From: an uncultured Planctomycetales bacterium | Lineage (GTDB): Bacteria; Omnitrophota; Gorgyraeia; Aquiviventales; Aquiviventaceae | NCBI GenBank assembly: GCA_964373175.1 | Contig: CAYJTP010000004.1 | Coordinates: forward strand, 6,651-70,650 | Direction of reading: 5' to 3' | Length of the DNA stretch: 64,000 nucleotides | Shown here: piece after piece, positions 8,935 to 16,338 of the stretch | How the letters are laid out: the number at the start of each line of letters is the position of its first letter | Numbering within the stretch: position 1 is the first letter of the stretch | Notes under the pieces: model-generated | Told to the model about the DNA's origin: nothing | The model's database searches: none | Seen by the model: the letters and a program-made list of their open reading frames with translations, nothing else | Translations under genes and position numbers: made by a program

Positions 8935-11046
8935 TTACTCGTCCTGTTTGGGCAGCCGGCGCGTGGTATAGGTGCAGGCCGGATATTTGGAGCACCCATA
9001 GAACACGCGCCCCCTCGAGCGCCGTTCAATCAACTCTCCCCCGCACCCCGGCTGAGGGCAGGCCACCCCCGTGGGAATCGGCCGGGCGTTCTTGCAGGTG
9101 GGATAGTCTGAACAACTCAAAAACTGGCCGAAGCGTCCCCACTTGATGACCATCGGTTTTCCGCATCGATCGCAGACGTAGTCCGTTGGGATCACTTCGC
9201 GTTTCACCTCGCGCATGTTCGCTTGCGCCGTCGTCACGCGAGCCGAAAAGGGCGTGTAGAAATGCCGCACCACGCTGACCCACTCCAAATCGCCTTCTTC
9301 GATGCGGTCGAGCTCCTCTTCCATCTCGGCGGTGAATGTGACATCCATCACTTCTGGAAAATGCTCGATCAGCATCTCGGTGACCACTCGACCCAGATGG
9401 GTGGGAACGAGACTGCCCCCGGTGCGTCGCACGTAGTCGCGCGAAACGATCGTCTGAATGGTCGGGGCGTACGTGCTCGGTCGGCCAATCCCCGCCTCTT
9501 CCAGCGCTTTCACCAAGGACGCATCGGTATAGCGACGCGGGGGCTTGGTGAAATGCTGGCTCGGCGTACACCCGAGCAACGTCAACGCCTCGCCTGCCGC
9601 AAGCGGGGGGAGCAGCCCTTCAGGCAGGCCGTCTGTTTCCTGTTCCTTATCTTCAACGGTTTGATAGACCGCCGTCCAGCCGGGAAAGAGGTTCGTGCGG
9701 CCGTTGGCTTTGAGATGGAATTTGCCTGCCCGCCCCTCGTCCATCTGGGCAGGCGGGCCTGCATCGATCTGCACGCTCACCACGCGATCCACGGCATCCG
9801 CCATCTGACTGGCGACAAATCGCTGCCAGATCAACTGGTACAGTTCGAACTGCTCCTCAGTGAGTGAGGCTTTCAAGGCGTCGGGGCGCCGCGTGACGCT
9901 GGTGGGTCGGATGGCCTCATGGGCTTCCTGGGCGGTTTTCTTGGCCCGGTAGGTCCGTGGGGCATCGGGGAGATACGGGGCTCCGAAGGCTTTCGGGATG
10001 AACCCGCGGACCGCTCGCAGGGCCTCATCCGCCACGCGGACAGAGTCGGTCCGCATATACGTGATCAACCCAACCGGACTCTCTTCCCCGATTTCAAGCC
10101 CTTCGTACAGTTGCTGGGCGATGCGCATCGTCCACGCAGAGGAAAAGCCAAGCCGGTAGAACGCTTCTTGCTGCAGCGTACTCGTGGTAAATGGGGGCTT
10201 GGGATAGCGCTTTTGCTCTTTCTCTTCGACGTTGGCAACCGCAAAGGACTGCTTCTTCAGCTCCGCCACGAGGCGCTGCGCCTCATCGTTCGTCTTGATG
10301 TGGACTTTCTTCTCGCCGATCTTCTCAAGTTGCGCAATGAAGGATCCTTCGGCCCCCACCTTTTGCAACTTGGCGTCGATGGTCCAGTATTCCTCAGGGA
10401 CAAAGGCGTCAATCGCTTGCTCGCGCTCCACGACCAGTCGAAGCGCCACCGATTGCACCCGTCCGGCCGAGAGCCCTCGGCCCACCTTTTTCCAGAGGAG
10501 CGGGGAAAGCGAATACCCCACCAGCCGATCAAGAATCCGACGCGCCTGTTGGGCGTTGACTTTGTTCACGTCAATCTCCCCGGGATGCTGCAGGGCCGCT
10601 TTCACCGCTTGCGGGGTAATCTCATGGAAGGTAATCCGGTAAATCTTGCGGCCGTCGCGCTGGGCAGAGGCGGACCGGCCCGTCTTCGAGGTCGTCTTGG
10701 ATGACGTGGTTGCGGTCTTGGCGTGTTTGCGCTGTTTCGCTTCGTCCTCGCGCAGGAGCCGCGCCAGGTGCCAACTGATCGCCTCGCCTTCGCGGTCCGG
10801 ATCAGGCGCCAGATAGATGGCGTCTTTCCCCCTGGCGTCTTGTTGAAGCTGCTTGGCGAGTTTTCGGCGCTGCTGAATGACGATGTACTGGGGGGAAAAA
10901 TCATGCTCAACATCCACCCCCAGCTTGCTCGCCGGCAAATCCACCAGGTGCCCCATGGATGACGTCACCTCGAAATCCTTGCCCAGGATTTTATGGATTG
11001 TTTTCGCCTTCGCCGGCGATTCAACAATGACGAGGTTCTTGGCCAT
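8935..11046 (-). CDS. topA: DNA topoisomerase I
   Basis: Toprim N-terminus MAKNLVIVESPAKAKTI, an active-site region, and C-terminal Cys4 zinc ribbons (CDRCGKPMV…CPQPGCGGEL…). Confidence 0.95.
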   Translation of the reverse strand: MAKNLVIVESPAKAKTIHKILGKDFEVTSSMGHLVDLPASKLGVDVEHDFSPQYIVIQQRRKLAKQLQQDARGKDAIYLAPDPDREGEAISWHLARLLREDEAKQRKHAKTATTSSKTTSKTGRSASAQRDGRKIYRITFHEITPQAVKAALQHPGEIDVNKVNAQQARRILDRLVGYSLSPLLWKKVGRGLSAGRVQSVALRLVVEREQAIDAFVPEEYWTIDAKLQKVGAEGSFIAQLEKIGEKKVHIKTNDEAQRLVAELKKQSFAVANVEEKEQKRYPKPPFTTSTLQQEAFYRLGFSSAWTMRIAQQLYEGLEIGEESPVGLITYMRTDSVRVADEALRAVRGFIPKAFGAPYLPDAPRTYRAKKTAQEAHEAIRPTSVTRRPDALKASLTEEQFELYQLIWQRFVASQMADAVDRVVSVQIDAGPPAQMDEGRAGKFHLKANGRTNLFPGWTAVYQTVEDKEQETDGLPEGLLPPLAAGEALTLLGCTPSQHFTKPPRRYTDASLVKALEEAGIGRPSTYAPTIQTIVSRDYVRRTGGSLVPTHLGRVVTEMLIEHFPEVMDVTFTAEMEEELDRIEEGDLEWVSVVRHFYTPFSARVTTAQANMREVKREVIPTDYVCDRCGKPMVIKWGRFGQFLSCSDYPTCKNARPIPTGVACPQPGCGGELIERRSRGRVFYGCSKYPACTYTTRRLPKQDE

Positions 11047-11052
11047 GAGTGA

Positions 11053-11331
11053 TCAGACCAGAGACTTGAGACATGAGACTTGAGATCTGTGACTTCCTTG
11101 TCTCTTGTCTCTTGTCTCTTGTCTCTTGAACGCTCCGCCCCCCACGAACTGAACGATCTCCACCTGATCTCCCGCCTTGAGCACCGTTGAGGGCAGTTGG
11201 TCCCGTTTGAGGATCGTGAGATTCACCTCAACCACCACCCGTTCCGGCCGAATGGCGAGCTGCTCCAAGAGCTGGGCCGCCGTGAGCCCCTCGGCCACGT
11301 CTCGCCGCTGTCCATTCACCACTAACTCCAT
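11053..11331 (-). CDS. thiS: ThiS/MoaD-family sulfur-carrier protein. The 66-aa core ends …VQFVGGG and is followed by a 26-aa tail encoded by the heptamer repeat.
   Basis: MELVVNGQRRDVAEGLTAAQLLEQLAIRPERVVVEVNLTILKRDQLPSTVLKAGDQVEIVQFVGGG matches the ThiS pattern. No stop follows GGG. The frame continues as AFKRQETRDKRQG… through gagacaagagacaag repeats to a TGA at 11053. Confidence 0.6.
   Translation of the reverse strand: MELVVNGQRRDVAEGLTAAQLLEQLAIRPERVVVEVNLTILKRDQLPSTVLKAGDQVEIVQFVGGGAFKRQETRDKRQGSHRSQVSCLKSLV
11062..11135. repeat. Heptamer-repeat element (GACAGAR/GAGACAAG family), copy a
   Basis: cttgagacatgagacttgagatctgtgacttccttgtctcttgtctcttgtctcttgtctcttg, located between the thiS core and the topA start. 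Confidence 0.8.
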
Positions 11332-11438
11332 CCCGTGAGACTTCCTTCACAGTGTGCGTGTCGACTCAACGCATCGTCGTATGCATAACGCCGCGCTTCG
11401 TTCCATCGAGTCGTTGGGAAGAAGTCTAACGGGATCCA

Positions 11439-12560
11439 TCAACACGCCTTGAGAAATTGTTTACCCGGCAATTGCTTGACGAGCCGTTTCAGCTCGAGCT
11501 GTAACAACGCCGACGCGCACGTCGAGACTGCCAAGCCGGTCTTTGCCACGATCGCATCAAGGTTGCACGGCTCATCCGAGTGAAGCTGATTGAGCAACAT
11601 GCGCTCGTCTGGAGCCAACGCGCTGAGGGCTCGATCTGCCTCAGCCGAGAGCGGTTGAGCTGGACGACCCGCGCAAACCACGCGTGCTTCGAGGTGAAGT
11701 TCTTCGAGGATGTCCTCAACGCAGGTCACCAGCTTGGCACCTTGTTTTAGCAACTGGTGCGTGCCTTGCGAGGTCACTGAGTCAACCTTGCCGGGCACTG
11801 CAAAGACTTCACGACCCTGCTCCAGCGCGCAGTCTGCGGTGATGAGCGCTCCGCTGCGGTTGGACGCTTCGACGATGACGACGCCAAGTGACAGGCCGCT
11901 CACCAACCGGTTTCGCCGTGGGAAATTCTGGGCGAGCGGCGCCATCTGCATCGGATACTCGGACAGCACAGCCCCGTGGGCCGCGATCTGCTCAGCCAGT
12001 TTCTCATGTTCTGGGGGGTAGATTGTCGAGAGCCCGTTTCCTAAGACCGCCAACGTCCGGCCATTCGCTTTGAGCGCGCCTCGGTGTGCAGCTCCATCGA
12101 TGCCCCTCGCAAGGCCGGAGACAACCGTCGCGCCTCGAAGTGCCAGGTCATACGCCAGCCGCTCAGCCACCTGCTGCCCATAGAGGGAGGCGCGCCGGGA
12201 GCCGACCATGGCGATCGCCGTGCGATCCGCCTCGGTCAGGTGGCCTTTCACATAGAGCACAAGTGGGGGATCGTGAATCTGCCTGAGCAACTCAGGAAAC
12301 TCAGCATCCAGTTGCGTCACGATGGTACATCGGGCTTGGTTGACCAAGCGAAGCTCTTCCTGAAGACCCTTCGTCTCGCGCAAGCCGGTCACCAGGCGCC
12401 TCGCCAAGACCGGTCCGATCCCCTCCACCTGCTTGAACTGTTCCTCCGATGCGGCAAACAGTTCACGCAACGTCCCGAATGCCTCGAGGAGCCGCTTGAC
12501 CCGCAGCGTCCCGATATCCGGGACCAGATTCAACAGGATCAATCGCTCGCGATCATCCAT
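11439..12560 (-). CDS. dprA: DNA processing protein DprA (Smf)
   Basis: Rossmann-like DprA core …IAMVGSRRASLYGQQVAERLAYDLALRGATVVSGLARGIDGAAHRGAL… plus a C-terminal winged-helix domain. Confidence 0.9.
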   Translation of the reverse strand: MDDRERLILLNLVPDIGTLRVKRLLEAFGTLRELFAASEEQFKQVEGIGPVLARRLVTGLRETKGLQEELRLVNQARCTIVTQLDAEFPELLRQIHDPPLVLYVKGHLTEADRTAIAMVGSRRASLYGQQVAERLAYDLALRGATVVSGLARGIDGAAHRGALKANGRTLAVLGNGLSTIYPPEHEKLAEQIAAHGAVLSEYPMQMAPLAQNFPRRNRLVSGLSLGVVIVEASNRSGALITADCALEQGREVFAVPGKVDSVTSQGTHQLLKQGAKLVTCVEDILEELHLEARVVCAGRPAQPLSAEADRALSALAPDERMLLNQLHSDEPCNLDAIVAKTGLAVSTCASALLQLELKRLVKQLPGKQFLKAC

Positions 12561-12589
12561 GGATTAGACTCAAGCTTTCTTCCAAGCCG

Positions 12590-12800
12590 CCTCGAATTGT
12601 GGATCGTCGATTGCGCCCGTCCCGGCTCTGAGACTCAACGGCGGGCCGGGGAATTGCGGATTGACCGACGAACCACTCCGCAATCCCTGCCCGCCATGAG
12701 AAGCGAGGGGCAGGCGGGGAAAATCCCTGCCCGCCACGCGGAACATGGGGCAGGCGGGCAAAATCCACAATCCCTGAGGTGTTGAAGCTAGCTCTAAGCA
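12590..12800. repeat. Array of GC-rich palindromic REP-like hairpin units (CCCTGCCCGCC-N10-GGGGCAGGCGGG family). A related unit lies at ~1080-1160.
   Basis: aatccctgcccgccatgagaagcgaggggcaggcggggaa / aatccctgcccgccacgcggaacatggggcaggcgggcaa plus a gaattgcgga…tccgcaatcc hairpin. The same cccgcctgcccc…gggcgggcaggg hairpin and the shared motif ccggctctgRgaYt..acggcgggccgggg occur at 1080-1160. Confidence 0.75.
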
Positions 12801-12884
12801 TACCACACGACGAAAACAGCAGACAAGGCACCCCGGGCAAATGGCAAGACAAGGACCGGCGTGGTCGCAAGATCCTCGAGGGCG

Positions 12885-13334
12885 CTATCGCCCGCCGCGT
12901 CGGATCGGACTGGCCGTGAGAAGCCGGGCCTTATCGTTAAAACACATGACAAATCGGTCGAACACCCCGGCCCGCCCCAGTAGATTGAACCCCACGCGGA
13001 GGGCATCCGAGAACCCTGCGGGCACGGAACATTCAACGCCCGCAAACCGCACCCGGACGCGGTGGAGGTAGATGGGGATGACGCTTCCGTTGCCCAGCGC
13101 CATGTAGCGCCGCTTGGCGTGCAAGAGCTTGAGGCCTAAGAGTTGTGCGACGTCAGAATGGAAGATAGTCCACGACGCCCCTGAGTCGACATACGCTTGG
13201 AGATAGAGCCAGCGATCCCCGGTCCAGACCTGGAGGTAGACAATGGGTGCAAAGTGCCCGGTTGAATCTTTCAGATAGGGGAATTCCATCCGCCGAAGCG
13301 GGGTCCTGCGAGGCGAGGCCGAACGCGCACCCAT
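12885..13334 (-). CDS. Retropepsin-like (clan AA) aspartic protease domain protein
   Basis: …LQAYVDSGASWTIFHSDVAQLLGL… carries the D-S/T-G-A active-site motif of bacterial retropepsin-like proteases. The true start may be the internal Met (MEFPYLKD…). Confidence 0.6.
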   Translation of the reverse strand: MGARSASPRRTPLRRMEFPYLKDSTGHFAPIVYLQVWTGDRWLYLQAYVDSGASWTIFHSDVAQLLGLKLLHAKRRYMALGNGSVIPIYLHRVRVRFAGVECSVPAGFSDALRVGFNLLGRAGVFDRFVMCFNDKARLLTASPIRRGGR

Positions 13335-13461
13335 CCCCCCACCTATCTATCAAGGCGGCTATGAGGAGAGAGAAACCGCCGTGCGAAGCCGCCTTGATCA
13401 ACCTGTGTTGTTCCGTCGAACGAGTCCGCTGACAGCGGACTCGAGATAGATGGGGGGACCA

Positions 13462-14181
13462 TTACAGGGCGATCGCGGATTCCTCAGGCAAAGGGATGTA
13501 ATAGATCCCAACCTCTCGGTCGGGGGGAACGTGTTGGCGAATTGCCTGATACGCCTTCAAATGCGTGGTTCCGACCGCGACGACGCGATCATTCAGGACC
13601 GCCACGTACTTGCCCCCGTAGCGGGTGGTGAGTTCGTGGCTGTGGGCGAGGAAGTAGTGCCAGCTTGTCGACATCCACGGACCGATCTGGCTCCAGATCC
13701 GCTCGACGACTTCCTCAACCGTGGCGCGACTCGTGTCAAGCGTCAGGTCAGCCTTCGCATAGGCCGAGGCGCGCTGCGCCAATAATTGCTGAATCCGCTG
13801 AAGCGGGGAGGCGGCCTTCGCAAGTAATGGACGGCTCAAGAGGGTTGGACGCGCGCGCTGCACAATGACCCGCGGGCTTGCCGTCAGACAAATCACCGGC
13901 CCCACGGCCCGCAAGAGGCGTTGGTTCTCTGGATTGACAAACGCTCCCCCACCTGTCGCGATGACCTGTTGATGGCCCTTGGCGATCCGACGAATCGCCC
14001 GTTTCTCCAGCCGCCGAAAAACCGCCTCGCCGTGTTCGGCAAAAATCTTGGCGACGGACTCCTTGGCACTGGCGACAATCACGCTATCCACATCGACGAA
14101 CCGCCAGCCCAAGCGCTTCGCCAGCCGCTTGCCGACGGCGGTCTTCCCCGTGCCCATGAAGCCGGTCAGGGTAATGTTCAT
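13462..14181 (-). CDS. aroK: Shikimate kinase with an in-frame C-terminal ~70-aa DUF5678-like domain
   Basis: N-terminus MNITLTGFMGTGKTAVGKRLAKRLGWRFVDVD (P-loop) through …VEEVVERIWSQI is typical AroK (~170 aa). The frame then continues without a stop into MSTSWHYFLAHSHELTTRYGGKYVAVLNDRVVAVGTTHLKAYQAIRQ…IYYIPLPEE. That stretch resembles small standalone DUF5678-type proteins, assigned from memory. Confidence 0.8.
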   Translation of the reverse strand: MNITLTGFMGTGKTAVGKRLAKRLGWRFVDVDSVIVASAKESVAKIFAEHGEAVFRRLEKRAIRRIAKGHQQVIATGGGAFVNPENQRLLRAVGPVICLTASPRVIVQRARPTLLSRPLLAKAASPLQRIQQLLAQRASAYAKADLTLDTSRATVEEVVERIWSQIGPWMSTSWHYFLAHSHELTTRYGGKYVAVLNDRVVAVGTTHLKAYQAIRQHVPPDREVGIYYIPLPEESAIAL

Positions 14182-14184
14182 AGC

Positions 14185-14258
14185 TCAGAGGTCAGAAGAC
14201 AGAGGACAGAAGACAGAATACAGATGACAGGTCAGACCAGAGACAAGAGACATGAGAC
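14185..14258. repeat. Heptamer-repeat element, copy b
   Basis: gtcagaagacagaggacagaagacagaatacagatgacaggtcagaccagagacaagagacatgagaccagagat, between the aroK start and the upstream gene stop. Confidence 0.8.
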
Positions 14259-14264
14259 CAGAGA

Positions 14265-15542
14265 TTAAGGCGCATGTGTCGAGGTTGGTTGCTCCGGTGT
14301 CGCTGCCGCGAGGGCTTCCGGTGGTATGGTGATTTCGATTGGAAGGTTATGGTCGCTAAAGTCCACTGTGTTTTCGAATAAAAATTTCACGTTTTCATTT
14401 TTAGGAGGCGTACCAACTAGCTCCGCAAAGGGCCAACTCTGAATCGTTAGTCTCTTCAGAATTCCTTCTCCCTTTACATGGTCTCTCACAAGAAAATAGC
14501 TGTTTGAATCGATCCACTGCTCAGATATAAAATCAGTAACAACCAGGTTATCTTGGAATGTCGGTAGACTCTCTGGCGTATCGAGCAACCCTTGTAGTAT
14601 TTTCGCAACTCTTTGAAGACCACCGAATTTCTGCCTCACAAGGTAGCATTCCTTACCCTCCAATAAGACTTGTGCAATCTCCGCATTAGCAAATTCAGTT
14701 ATAGCGGTTTGTTTTCCCTCTGGCAACCTACCACTCGCCAAGGTTACCAAATCTTCTGGACGTTCACTAATGAATAGGTCAACTAAAGTGATCTTTCCTT
14801 CGCCCAACATATTCCAAAACTCTGCCACCCCTTTCGCGGTTTCCTCACCGGAAATTTTCTCCCAGCTTCCCAAAAAATTATGGAGCACAGCAGTCTCTGT
14901 GAAATAAATGTCTCTTTTCCTTCGCATCTCCTGTTCCACTACATTTATATCCAGTAATTGGAGGAGGTGTTGCTTTTGATCCGGCTTGAGGTTTAGGTTT
15001 TGTAGGACCTTTTGTCTCTCTTTTTGAAACAGCTCCTTAGCAAATTCACTCTCATGCCGAAGAACCTGATAGGATGCATGGTATCTCTTAGCATCAGCAC
15101 TACCAGCCCCTTCGCCTCTTGCTTCAAGATCAGTAAGGCCTTCGATTGATAAGGTGGTTTGGGCTACTGCCTTAATAGTCCGTATGGCTTTATTTACCCT
15201 CTCATATTTTGTGACGATCTCTTGAGGATCTGGAATCGGGCCGGGTTCTGAAACCTTGGTATCTTGCGTTGCCACAGGAGGCGTTTCAGATATCTTTGTC
15301 CCTGTCTCTGGAGGAGAGCTTGCCTCGATATGGGCGATGGATTCTTTCGCGTAAGGGATCGTTGTCCCACTGGAAACTTCAACTTCGACGGCGGAGTCCG
15401 TCATCTTCACAATTTTTCCCTCAATGACCTTGCCATCCTTGAAGTGGATTTTTTCAGCAAACGCCTCCTCTGACCAAAGAGCTGTGAGCATGACCACAAC
15501 CCACGCTCCCCACCATTTCCAGTCTCTTGTCTCTTGTCTCAT
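14265..15542 (-). CDS. Hypothetical secreted protein (N-terminal signal peptide). The gene has low GC (~45%) and is probably horizontally acquired.
   Basis: Signal-like MRQETRDWKWWGAWVVVMLTALWSEEAFA|EK, then a KIHFKDGKVIEGKIVKMTDSAVEVEV small beta-rich motif. No recognisable catalytic motif. Composition is markedly AT-richer than its neighbours (runs of aaa/gaa codons). Confidence 0.6.
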   Translation of the reverse strand: MRQETRDWKWWGAWVVVMLTALWSEEAFAEKIHFKDGKVIEGKIVKMTDSAVEVEVSSGTTIPYAKESIAHIEASSPPETGTKISETPPVATQDTKVSEPGPIPDPQEIVTKYERVNKAIRTIKAVAQTTLSIEGLTDLEARGEGAGSADAKRYHASYQVLRHESEFAKELFQKERQKVLQNLNLKPDQKQHLLQLLDINVVEQEMRRKRDIYFTETAVLHNFLGSWEKISGEETAKGVAEFWNMLGEGKITLVDLFISERPEDLVTLASGRLPEGKQTAITEFANAEIAQVLLEGKECYLVRQKFGGLQRVAKILQGLLDTPESLPTFQDNLVVTDFISEQWIDSNSYFLVRDHVKGEGILKRLTIQSWPFAELVGTPPKNENVKFLFENTVDFSDHNLPIEITIPPEALAAATPEQPTSTHAP

Positions 15543-15552
15543 GTCTCTCGTC
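15512..15552. repeat. Heptamer-repeat element, copy c
   Basis: cagtctcttgtctcttgtctcatgtctctcgtct. It also supplies the first codons (MRQETRD) of the secreted-protein ORF. Confidence 0.7.
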
Positions 15553-15698
15553 TAAAACTGCTCGAGTTGGCGCAGGTAGCCGTGATAGTTGCGCTTGAGT
15601 TCGCGCAAGGAATCACCGCCAAACTTCTGGAGGATTGCATTGGCCAGTTCGAAGGCGACCATCGCTTCGCCGATCACCCCGGCCGCGGGCATGGTATT
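15552..15698 (-). pseudogene. Duplicated, diverged 3' fragment of aroC (49 codons). It is the relic of the original aroC end displaced by the MntA/HepT cassette.
   Basis: Minus-strand translation gives [49 protein letters not shown]. The intact aroC C-terminus is …[46 protein letters not shown]. Nucleotide identity is ~80% over ~150 bp (15550-15700 against 16337-16487). Confidence 0.85.
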
Positions 15699-16042
15699 CA
15701 TCGCGAGGCGCCACCCAGCAGTTCTTTGGCGGCTTCTTCAAGGCCAGAGAGCTTGTGCTGAACAACATCCCACACGACCTCAACGTTGATGCCGAAATAT
15801 TCATGGATTAAGATGTCCCGTAATCCGGCGATCTTTCTCCACTCGATATGAGGCTTCCGGCTGCGGGCATCCTCCGGCAGACGCTTCACGGCTTCGCCAA
15901 TGACTTCGAGATTCCGGACCACGGCATCCAACGTTTTCGCATCGTTCGACAGGGCGGCGACGGACATACCGCCTGTGAATTCCCGAATCTTTCGAATCGC
16001 CTCAAGGATGTCTTCGAGATAGACCTGAGGGTCCCGTGGCAT
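15698..16042 (-). CDS. hepT: HepT-like toxin (DUF86 / RX4HXY nuclease) of a HepT/MntA type II TA pair
   Basis: …[23 protein letters not shown]… contains the R-x4-H-x-Y motif. ~110 aa, immediately downstream of the cognate nucleotidyltransferase gene. Confidence 0.85.
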   Translation of the reverse strand: MPRDPQVYLEDILEAIRKIREFTGGMSVAALSNDAKTLDAVVRNLEVIGEAVKRLPEDARSRKPHIEWRKIAGLRDILIHEYFGINVEVVWDVVQHKLSGLEEAAKELLGGASR

Positions 16043-16322
16043 AAACCGTTTCCTTTAAAATGCCCTCCCGCAACCTCGGCTTAATCGTATCCGCCAACAC
16101 GAGATCGACGGAACATCGAAACAGGTCTTCCAGAAAAAATTTCAGGTTCATGTAGGCATCGAAGCTGTTGTGTTCAAGCTCGACGAGGAAGTCCAGGTCG
16201 CTGCCCGCACCTCCTTCATCGCGGGCGATGGAGCCAAAGAGGCCGAGTCGCCGAACGCCAAGTTGTCGGAGAGCCTGTTGGTTGTCTCGTAGACGTTTCA
16301 AGACCTCTTCTCGAGTCTTCAT
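16002..16322 (-). CDS. mntA: MntA-like minimal nucleotidyltransferase antitoxin
   Basis: GS-x9-DxD nucleotidyltransferase motif (LGLFGSIARDEGGAGSDLDFLVEL). It overlaps the hepT start, as is usual for this TA family. Confidence 0.85.
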   Translation of the reverse strand: MKTREEVLKRLRDNQQALRQLGVRRLGLFGSIARDEGGAGSDLDFLVELEHNSFDAYMNLKFFLEDLFRCSVDLVLADTIKPRLREGILKETVYATGPSGLSRRHP

Positions 16323-16338
16323 CGCATCATCTCCTCAC

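Noticed and set aside
16002-16042. 41-nt overlap between mntA and hepT as a possible frameshift or fusion
   Set aside because: Short out-of-frame overlaps between antitoxin and toxin genes are the norm for HepT/MntA pairs. Both ORFs have complete family motifs, so no frameshift need be invoked.
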